A DNA stretch of 64,000 nt, taken from the NCBI GenBank assembly GCA_963702005.1, contig OY969696.1:3136001-3200000 (forward strand). Direction: 5' to 3'. Both the position numbers and the translations under genes were made by a program. Below are positions 10,223 to 17,766 of this stretch, piece by piece; within the stretch, counting starts at the first letter, position 1; the number at the start of each line of letters is the position of its first letter. The notes under the pieces were generated by a model. The model was not told where the DNA came from, made no database searches, and saw only the letters and a list, made by a program, of their open reading frames with translations. This DNA comes from Candidatus Aminicenantes bacterium (GTDB taxonomy: Bacteria; Acidobacteriota; Aminicenantia; Aminicenantales; JAFGBC01).

Positions 10223-10437
10223 TTGTGACCAAATTGTGACTATCCCCGGTATATTTCCATATAATTTGGTACACCTCCGTATACCTAGAAACAAGTCATA
10301 AATTGTAGAAAAGACTGACTATTACTTTATAATGAGGAGGTTAGGGAAACCGGCCGGATCGGATTCGAAGTCCATCGCTCTATCCACTGAGCTACGGGCG
10401 CGCCGGAGGCGACGCACGTAAAATCAATAGGATTCTT
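10223..10437. repeat. ~215-bp direct repeat, copy 1 (arm plus tRNA-Arg half)
   Basis: Aligns by eye end to end with 14138-14353; copy at 17636-17748 has an internal deletion. Confidence 0.9.
10361..10401 (-). tRNA. tRNA-Arg(TCG) 5' half, copy 1
   Basis: GCGCCCGTAGCTCAGTGGATAGAGCGATGGACTTCGAATCC, then similarity to tRNA ends. Confidence 0.9.
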
Positions 10438-10731
10438 CCCGATTCCCGGGATGAAGTCAACCCCTTCTACCTCCAGTCATCAGGCTGCACTCACGGGCCG
10501 TTAGCACGGCTCCATGAGTACAGGCGAAGCGCCGGGACTATATAAGGGTAGTCCTGAGCCTTGCGAAGGGCAACTCCCCGAAGCCACGGCTTGAATGCGG
10601 TCCTGAAATAGAAGTCACAATTCGACCAAAATATCCTTCTGGAGCGATGCCGTCTTTAGGGGGGCGTGCTTATGATCCTGGCCGCCGCGATGATCAGGGA
10701 TGAAAATACCGTACCTCAACGCTCCCGCACA

Positions 10732-11232
10732 TCACAGCTCCTGGTCTTTCCAGGCCCCGGTGTATATCGCGGTGCCTTTGCATTCCTGAAGAACGACGTG
10801 ACAGATCCGCATTCCCGGCGTCAGCCTTATCTTATTCCGTCCGGCGTTGTAGATCTCCAGGATCTGCCTGTTCGAGATCCCCGGAGCCAGGAACGGGGCC
10901 GCGATATGGCTCATGAGCCCGATCCGGGCGAATCTCGAGCGCGAATTCAGCCAGCCGCACACGTCCCCGGGGAGAGTGATCCTCTCCTTCGTGATCCCGA
11001 GCACCAGCTCACCCGGCTCCAATAGATAGCCGTCAGTGATGTCCATGAGCTTGGCCAGAGTTTTGTAGTCTATGTCGGCCCTCGTGATGTGCTGGTCGCT
11101 ATTGAAGACGCGCAACTTGTTATCCAACGTCAGATCGATCGACGCGGGGCCGACGGCAGCCTCGTCATAGGGCTCTATCCGGATCCTGCCCTCATGGATC
11201 TGCCGGAGAATTTCGGGTTTCGCCAGGATCAT
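10732..11232 (-). CDS. dcd: dCTP deaminase
   Basis: MIL..EI..I, PASIDLTL, RSRFARIGL, LEIYN..I.LTPGMRIC motifs. Confidence 0.9.
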   Translation of the reverse strand: MILAKPEILRQIHEGRIRIEPYDEAAVGPASIDLTLDNKLRVFNSDQHITRADIDYKTLAKLMDITDGYLLEPGELVLGITKERITLPGDVCGWLNSRSRFARIGLMSHIAAPFLAPGISNRQILEIYNAGRNKIRLTPGMRICHVVLQECKGTAIYTGAWKDQEL

Positions 11233-11525
11233 CTTGAACGCTCTCTCAGGCTCATCATCGAGACCCTCCTTGACCGGAATGCGCGCCGGTCGTGCCATCT
11301 TGGCGACGGGGCGCCGGAACGAGCATCATATGCAAAACCCGAGGGTATTTCAACGGGGAGGGGTCTGCCTTCGCCGCCCTTTCCTCAAGAATATAATAGT
11401 CACAATTTGGTCACAGGATGCATCAGCCGGGGAAGAGCCTCCCCTACTTCTTATTGATAATGCAGGGGGATGAGGGGCTGTACCGGCGCAAGGACGCTGG
11501 AGGGGGTATCCAAGGATCTTGTTTG

Positions 11526-13952
11526 TTATTTCTTCAGCAGTATCTTTGAAGAATACGGAGGAAGGGTGATGCTGCCGCTGACAGCATGATCATCCAGGTC
11601 GTATAAGGTTCGCTGCAGGGCAAATTTCTTTGTTGAATTTGTTTTATTGATAAATATCAAATTACGCTTCAATGGGTCATCGTACAAGACTTTGACTTTC
11701 TGTAGGCAGATATTATCCAGCCAGTAATCCGGCGCATTCGCGTTGACATCATAATCTATGCGAGCAGGGTCAGTCCTGTAAGTGGGCGTAAAAATTATCC
11801 TATGGTCTTTTCGTTTTGAATCGACAAAGACGGTTTTATGCATTTCTAAATTCCCATAGGTTGTTGCGTCCCTTGTTTGCACGTCCACTGTGCCGGGCGC
11901 CAGAGCAATCGTGCTGAATGAGAGTTCGTATGCTTGCCCCGCCTCTAGGCCAAAATAGTTATGATTATTGCAGGCGACGCCATCATAACAGTGCAGGTGC
12001 CAGCTTCCATTGTTTAATTGATCGTTGATACCCCAGGATGAAGTGCAAGTATTGGTGGGCGACCAGCACGCCCAGCCGTCTATATTAGAATTAAAATCTC
12101 CATTCACAATGAGGTTGCCGCTTTCTATATCTATCACGGAATAAGCATTCCAGCTGACATGGCTGGACTTGGCGCTCGCATCTTTTAGGGCCTTCCACTG
12201 ACTGACCGTATACAAGAGATAGCGGTTGACTTTGTTCTTTTGGCTTATTGTAGAAATAGATAATTCATTGTAGGGGCTGCAATAATAGTTACCGGCATAA
12301 GTCGCGAAATCCAAATTCCTGTTCTCCCAATTGGTAAGCATCAAGGGATAACTATCTTCATCCACAGAATATAATATATTTTTCACAATCGTATTGTTTG
12401 ATACGGGAGTCGTGCTAATACTATCCTGGCTCATTAATATCGATCCGCCTTGGCAGTTAAATAGCGTATTTCCGTTGATCGTATTGTTGATACTGTTGTG
12501 CAGAAAAATGCCCGCGGCCGCGCAATTGACGACGGTATTATTCTGGATAAGAGCATTGCCGCTGCCATCGTCCATATAGATCCCGTCCGCACCACCAGTT
12601 TTGTCCGGCGTAGCCTGATAATTCCCGATTCCATTTTGGATAACATTATTGCGGATAACGCAGCCTGTCCCATTACGGTTGATATGGTCGTTATTACTCC
12701 AGGTATAAATGGCGGCGCCATCGTCGGTGGTCAGGCAAAACTTATTTATCAGATTATTTTCAATCCGTGTATTCTTTGAATATTTCAAACCACAATAGCC
12801 GATGCTATCCAGGCTATTAAAACTGATATTTCCATTATCGATATCGCCTTCGATCTGCATAGCGTAATAGCCAATCTCATCTTTGGTGGCCCTGCCTGCA
12901 TATAAGCCGATACGCTTTAATGTATTGTTCTGAACAATGATATTCTTACAATCCCATGTACTTATCCCCATTCCGCAAATATCCGTAATGATATTATTTT
13001 TAATGAGAACATTATCAACGCTCTGAAGAAATATAGCTTTTGAATAGATCGCATTGAAACGGCATTGCTGGATAGAAATATCGGTATAACCGTAATCCGC
13101 ATTCACTCCATTGACCTGCTGGTGCCTGAAACTGATATGGCTGATGTGGATATAGCTTACGTGCTCTATATTAATTCCATACTCGTATACGGAAGCTTCT
13201 GATGAACTGTTTGAAGGCAAAGAAGCTGACCACAGGTAGAGTTCTTGTTGTGATGGATTGAAATAAAATTCACCGGCCGTATCTAAGGCTTCCATTTTAT
13301 TGCTTAAGAAATAGCCCCAGCCGTTTGTAAAATCATATTCTATCGGGTTGGTCATGGTGATATTGCCATCGGCAAATGACTCCACTTCGTGTTCGCCATA
13401 TTGCCAGCGTACCATGCGGTTGTGAAGTGTGGCGCCGTTCCAGTATCCCTTCGTTTGCGTTAATTCCGCATCGTAAAAGCCCTTTTTGCCGTTGGCCTTG
13501 TCAATCGTTAAAAAGCCACTGTTGGGATAGCGCGCGGGCAGGCACAGCGTACTGTTATAAAAAACCATTACGGGATTTATCTTCAAGGCAGCTTTATAAA
13601 TCTTGCCTTTGTGTAGTGACCAGTTGTTGACATATTCACTGCCGCTGATTACAGGTAAAGCGCCATTGCCATAAGAGGTGATGATGATGGGCTGTGAGGC
13701 AGTGCCGGACTGCTTAATATTCAACTGCCCACGAAATGTATCGCCGCGCTTAAATAATATATTATCTCCTGGTCTCAATGCGATCGTATTAAGTTTAGCA
13801 ATTGTTTTGAATGGCGTCTTTGATGAAGTGCCGTTGTTGTGATCGTTGCCATTAGCGGCGATATAATAATCTGTTGCATAGGCTTGCAGGGATGCAGCAA
13901 GAAGGAAAATGAAAACCACAATTTTTTTTATGAATTTCCATTTATTCGGCAC
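11526..13952 (-). CDS. Secreted right-handed parallel beta-helix protein with C-terminal carbohydrate-binding-like domain
   Basis: Signal peptide, YYIAANGND.N.GTS..PFKT, PbH1 repeats (GIYMDDGS), NLIVNGDF module; AT-rich. Confidence 0.85.
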   Translation of the reverse strand: MPNKWKFIKKIVVFIFLLAASLQAYATDYYIAANGNDHNNGTSSKTPFKTIAKLNTIALRPGDNILFKRGDTFRGQLNIKQSGTASQPIIITSYGNGALPVISGSEYVNNWSLHKGKIYKAALKINPVMVFYNSTLCLPARYPNSGFLTIDKANGKKGFYDAELTQTKGYWNGATLHNRMVRWQYGEHEVESFADGNITMTNPIEYDFTNGWGYFLSNKMEALDTAGEFYFNPSQQELYLWSASLPSNSSSEASVYEYGINIEHVSYIHISHISFRHQQVNGVNADYGYTDISIQQCRFNAIYSKAIFLQSVDNVLIKNNIITDICGMGISTWDCKNIIVQNNTLKRIGLYAGRATKDEIGYYAMQIEGDIDNGNISFNSLDSIGYCGLKYSKNTRIENNLINKFCLTTDDGAAIYTWSNNDHINRNGTGCVIRNNVIQNGIGNYQATPDKTGGADGIYMDDGSGNALIQNNTVVNCAAAGIFLHNSINNTINGNTLFNCQGGSILMSQDSISTTPVSNNTIVKNILYSVDEDSYPLMLTNWENRNLDFATYAGNYYCSPYNELSISTISQKNKVNRYLLYTVSQWKALKDASAKSSHVSWNAYSVIDIESGNLIVNGDFNSNIDGWACWSPTNTCTSSWGINDQLNNGSWHLHCYDGVACNNHNYFGLEAGQAYELSFSTIALAPGTVDVQTRDATTYGNLEMHKTVFVDSKRKDHRIIFTPTYRTDPARIDYDVNANAPDYWLDNICLQKVKVLYDDPLKRNLIFINKTNSTKKFALQRTLYDLDDHAVSGSITLPPYSSKILLKK

Positions 13953-14003
13953 CTGTTCATCCTCTCCTTAAAGCTCGGAATTTATGCCTTCCATCCCGAG
14001 ATG

Positions 14004-14033
14004 ATGCTACTCTCGGCCGCGCGTCGATGTCAA
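14004..14033 (-). promoter_or_regulatory. Cassette-borne sigma70-like promoter
   Basis: TTGACA-N18-TAGCAT; homologous to 17505-17534. Confidence 0.6.
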
Positions 14034-14275
14034 GAAATCCTCGGAACGGCCAAGAAGAGTATACTTGGGGCGAAAAACCCTCCTGGACCGACTGAAAGAT
14101 GATAGACTCCAGCTTCCCTTGATAATAGGATGATCAATTGTGCCCAAATTGTGACTGTCCTCGGTATATTTCCATATACTTTGGTATACCTCCGTATACC
14201 TAGAAATAATTCATAAATTGTAGATAAGACTGACTATTACTTTATTTTGAAGAGGTTAGGGAAACCGGCCGGATC

Positions 14276-14316
14276 GGATTCGAAGTCCATTGCTCTATCC
14301 ACTGAGCTACGGGCGC
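14276..14316 (-). tRNA. tRNA-Arg(TCG) 5' half, copy 2
   Basis: One substitution versus copy 1; same breakpoint. Confidence 0.9.
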
Positions 14317-14406
14317 GCCGGAGGCGAGGGACGGAAAAGCAACTAGGATTCTTGAGGTTTACCTGCTTGGAGCGGCCGGAATATTGGGGTTGTTTTGGCC
14401 GGGTGT

Positions 14407-15234
14407 TTATTGTTCAGCGTCCGCTTTTTTCCTTCGCTTAATAATATTTTTTGAACCGATTCTTTTCAAGACCGGCATTACAACAAAGAATATTCTGGGA
14501 AAGGCCATGACCGTCCGGGCCAAAACACCCATGCCCGAAGGCACCACGATCTCCGGTTTCTTGCTGTCTGCGGCCCTGAGGATCGCCGAAGCCACCTTTT
14601 CGGGTTTCATCGCCTCTCCGATGAAGGAGAGCACGGCCTCGTCATGAAGAAGCTCATAGCGCAGCTGGGCCGTTTCCACGGAATCAGGACAGACCACGGT
14701 CACTCGAATCCCGGTTTCCTTCAGCTCGGCCGCCAGGGAAAAAGAATAACCCCGGATGGCCGCCTTGGTGGCGCTATAGACGGCTTCGCCGGGCATGGGA
14801 ACGATTCCGCCCAGGGAAGCCACATTGATGATCTTCCCGGAGTTCTGTTTCTTCATGACGGGCAAAACAGATCGGCAGCCATGGATATTCCCCATGAAGT
14901 TGACGGAAATCTGCTGGTGAATTTTCGGCCAGGGGATGGTCTCGGCCCCCCCGGGATGGACGACGCCCGCGTTATTGACCAGGATATCGATTCGACCATA
15001 GCGCTCGAGGACCTTTTCGACCATCGTCCGCCAGGACTCGGGATCCGTCACGTCGTGCTCGATCCCCTGAGCCTCGATCCCCTCTTTTTTCAACTCATTT
15101 TCCAGAGAATCGAGAGGTTCTTTGCGGATGTCCGCAAGAATAAGGACGGCCCCCTCTCGGCCCAGGCGACGGGCCGTGGCCGAGCCGATTCCTCCGGCCG
15201 CTCCGGTGATGATCACGACTTTGTTTTTGACCAA
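14407..15234 (-). CDS. SDR family oxidoreductase
   Basis: TGAAGGIG, NNAG and YSATK motifs. Confidence 0.92.
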   Translation of the reverse strand: MVKNKVVIITGAAGGIGSATARRLGREGAVLILADIRKEPLDSLENELKKEGIEAQGIEHDVTDPESWRTMVEKVLERYGRIDILVNNAGVVHPGGAETIPWPKIHQQISVNFMGNIHGCRSVLPVMKKQNSGKIINVASLGGIVPMPGEAVYSATKAAIRGYSFSLAAELKETGIRVTVVCPDSVETAQLRYELLHDEAVLSFIGEAMKPEKVASAILRAADSKKPEIVVPSGMGVLARTVMAFPRIFFVVMPVLKRIGSKNIIKRRKKADAEQ

Positions 15235-15405
15235 CGGAGTCCTCCTCTAGTAAGTTATTTCGGCCGCGAGCCTGTTCGACAACTCGCTTTTAAGGATTTT
15301 ACCAAACCTGACAAGAAAATATAAGAATCCAGAATTTCGCAAGCCTGTAGGCTTCGACTCCGCTTAATTTAACGGGAGGGGATAGGGGAAAACGGGAATC
15401 TGGGG

Positions 15406-15450
15406 TGGTGGAGCTGATGGGACTTGAACCCACGACCTCTTGACTGCCAG
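15406..15450 (-). tRNA. tRNA-Ala(GGC) 3' half
   Basis: CTGGCAG-TCAAG-AGGTC-GTGGGTTCAAGTCCCAT-CAGCTCCACCA; starts exactly at the anticodon loop. Confidence 0.88.
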
Positions 15451-15527
15451 GGGAACAGTCACAATTTAGTCACAATCAGCTTCTGAGGTCAGCATCCCTC
15501 CCCTCTTTTCCTTAATAATATTGGAGA

Positions 15528-17498
15528 TCAAGGGCGCTGTGGGCGTGAGGGCGTTGGAGGGGGTATCCAATGACTATAGAGGGCGACAATCTCGAAATTG
15601 GCGGTGATCGTCTTGGGACCGTTCATCGTTATCTTCAAAGGATTCTGAAGGCTGGAGATGCTGCCGCTCCAATTCCGAAACTTGCAGCCGGCTTTAGGGA
15701 GGGCGCTCAGGGTGAGCTGGGTTCCGGCCGGGACATAAAAGACGCCAGCCCCGAGATCGGTGCGCCCGTGCGTATTCGCAGCGATCGTGAGCTTGTGGAA
15801 ACGCACGCCCCCCTTCTGTCTCTCATAGGCGCCGATATCCGTTACAGCCGTGCCATCGCCGTTCCCGTCCGCGCCCCGGGGATATCCGGCCAGATCGAAT
15901 GCCCCCGGATCCGTTCCGCTCGTCGCCCCCATGTCGATCGCAGGAGAGGTGGCGTGGAGACTGTAATCCGTCTGCGCCGGAGCGACAAACTGGGGCGACA
16001 GATAAAAGTTCCCGTTGCTCCCCCGATATCGCGCGTCTCCGAGGATACAATTTCGGACCAGGGCCGGCCTTTTGGAACCGACGATCCGGTCGTTATTCCG
16101 GTTTTTCCAAAGGATGGTGTTGGCGATTTTGATGCCGGAAACGACGTTTCCGAAACTGTTGTTATTGTTTTCGATGTTGATGCCGCCCGCCCAATCCGTG
16201 GTTTTCCCGTTCTCGACCAAGGTGTTGTTCAGAAGCGTAACGTCCCTTACGATATTATTGTCGCTGTTATCGAATCCGCCCAGCAAAACCATGCCCGCTC
16301 CGTCGTTTCGGGCGATCAGGTTATTGGCAAACTTGATCTTTTCGACCGTGTTATTCTTGGCCTTAAAGGATGCGCCCTGAATCTGAAAGCCGTTGAAGAC
16401 GCAATTCAGGATCTTGTTCCGGTTGATGAGGACATCGTCGATGCCATTGTCGTGGCCGGACATGGAGCCGCCGACCAGCATGATCGATCCTTTTACAACG
16501 ATATTTCCCTCGATGGTCGCGTGAGAGACGTGATTATCCTTGGCGTCCTTTCCCACGCCGCCGAGGACCTCGATCCCACAGTCACCCTCGGGGTTCTGAA
16601 TATAATTGTTCCTGATGAAGAGGCTTTCGATTCGGTTTCCCTGGGATTTGGAGCAGTTGGCGCCGGAGATAAGGATGGACGTGCCCTTGTGACCCCGGAT
16701 CGTGTTGTCCAAAATCTCCAGATCGGAGATGACGTTGTTTGTCGCGTTCGGCCGGGTCGCGGAGGCGAAGATGGCTCCGGTGTTGTTGCTGTTATTGGAA
16801 ATCAGATTACCCCGGATGGTGATGTTGGCGATCCGGTTGTTGGAGTTGGTCGAGGTACCTATCGCGGTGTCGATGGTGATGCCCCAACTCCCGTTGTTGA
16901 CAAGGCGGTTCTGGAGGACATCGATGTGATTGACGACCCGGTTCGAACCCGAAGCAGCGATAGAGATTCCCGACCATCCGACGGTGATCGTGTTTCCGAG
17001 AAGGGTCACCCGTTCTACCCGCGACACGCCATCTTCGGCGAAAGCCGCGACCGTAATCCCGGTCCATTCGATATCCCGGATCGTGAATCCGGCGATCGTG
17101 ACGTCGGAAGCCGTGATCCAAAAACAATCATGGGCCGTTCCCTGTCTGCCATCGAGGGTGATATCCGGCTTGCCGTCGTTGTCGATATCGCCGTTGATTT
17201 TCAGACCACCCTTTGTCAAAGCCGGCAACCCGTCGGAGACGGAGATGGTGGCGCCCTTCAAAGACGGATCGAAGCTGATCGAAAGGGATTCCACCGCGGC
17301 ATTGGCCGCGAGCATAGCTTCCCGGAGCGAGATTCCATCAGGCCCCGGGTCGTTGACCAGTGCGTCCGGACTTGATGTGTCCCCGTTCACCGTGTCGCTA
17401 TTGTTTGTAACGCGCAACGAGCTCACTTGGCTGGCCGGCGCGAAGGAGAAGAAAACGAGAATGCCTATCCATGTCGATATTCGGAGCTGGAGGGACAT
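15528..17498 (-). CDS. Secreted beta-helix protein with choice-of-anchor-Q-like and InlB-B-repeat-like C-terminus
   Basis: SLREAM.AAN, Asn-rich PbH1 repeats, SPAID.G..DIGAYE, F.NWSG..ITANF; start moved to ATG 17498. Confidence 0.8.
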   Translation of the reverse strand: MSLQLRISTWIGILVFFSFAPASQVSSLRVTNNSDTVNGDTSSPDALVNDPGPDGISLREAMLAANAAVESLSISFDPSLKGATISVSDGLPALTKGGLKINGDIDNDGKPDITLDGRQGTAHDCFWITASDVTIAGFTIRDIEWTGITVAAFAEDGVSRVERVTLLGNTITVGWSGISIAASGSNRVVNHIDVLQNRLVNNGSWGITIDTAIGTSTNSNNRIANITIRGNLISNNSNNTGAIFASATRPNATNNVISDLEILDNTIRGHKGTSILISGANCSKSQGNRIESLFIRNNYIQNPEGDCGIEVLGGVGKDAKDNHVSHATIEGNIVVKGSIMLVGGSMSGHDNGIDDVLINRNKILNCVFNGFQIQGASFKAKNNTVEKIKFANNLIARNDGAGMVLLGGFDNSDNNIVRDVTLLNNTLVENGKTTDWAGGINIENNNNSFGNVVSGIKIANTILWKNRNNDRIVGSKRPALVRNCILGDARYRGSNGNFYLSPQFVAPAQTDYSLHATSPAIDMGATSGTDPGAFDLAGYPRGADGNGDGTAVTDIGAYERQKGGVRFHKLTIAANTHGRTDLGAGVFYVPAGTQLTLSALPKAGCKFRNWSGSISSLQNPLKITMNGPKTITANFEIVALYSHWIPPPTPSRPQRP

Positions 17499-17504
17499 TA
17501 ATTC

Positions 17505-17534
17505 ATGATATTCCCGGCCGTGCGGGGGTGTCAA
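17505..17534 (-). promoter_or_regulatory. Cassette-borne sigma70-like promoter
   Basis: TTGACA-N18-TATCAT, 6 nt upstream of ATG 17498. Confidence 0.6.
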
Positions 17535-17647
17535 GAAATCCTCGGGACGGCCAAGGCGCGATTATCAGGAAATAAACCTTCCTGCGCCGCCCAAATTACA
17601 GCTGACTTATACTCCCCGTGATCATGAGATGATAATTGTGGCCAATC

Positions 17648-17688
17648 GGATTCGAAGTCCATTGCTCTATCCACTGAGCTACGGGCGC
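17648..17688 (-). tRNA. tRNA-Arg(TCG) 5' half, copy 3
   Basis: Identical to copy 2; preceded by TTGACT-N17-AAGAAT at 17748-17720. Confidence 0.9.
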
Positions 17689-17766
17689 GCCGAAGGCGAG
17701 GGACGGAAAAGCAACTAGGATTCTTCCCGATTCCCGGGACGAAGTCAAGCTAGACTTAAATCCAGT

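Larger units (their letters stand above)
7993..10460. mobile_element. Putative cargo cassette 1 (tRNA-Arg-half-anchored, no recombinase)
   Basis: TGGAGGGGGTATCCAA at 8031-8046; right flank 10223-10460 shared with cassettes 2 and 3. Confidence 0.55.
11399..14353. mobile_element. Putative cargo cassette 2
   Basis: GTCACAATTTGGTCACA 11399-11415; junction motif 11498-11513; inverted arm 14138-14155; tRNA-Arg half. Confidence 0.6.
15458..17748. mobile_element. Putative cargo cassette 3
   Basis: GTCACAATTTAGTCACAA 15458-15475; junction 15555-15570; promoter flank, partial arm 17636-17645 and tRNA-Arg half. Confidence 0.6.

Noticed and set aside
10523-10570. Hairpin GGACTA..TAGTCC and a GTCCTGAGCCTTGCGAAGGG REP-like piece (also CTTCGACTCCGCT near 15352)
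   Set aside because: Short single fragments, insufficient to define an element.
15570-17375. 601-aa plus-strand ORF and other long antisense ORFs (37109-39265, 48935-50638, 50938-53406, 55470-57554)
   Set aside because: Shadow frames of well-supported genes in GC-rich DNA, with no recognisable motifs.
10361-17688. Functional tRNA genes
   Set aside because: All are halves; the Arg copies lack T-arm and 3' acceptor strand, and the Ala copy lacks the 5' half.
7993-17748. Classical integron cassette array
   Set aside because: No intI and no RYYYAAC..GTTRRRY attC palindromes at gene ends; the flanks are tRNA- and arm-like.
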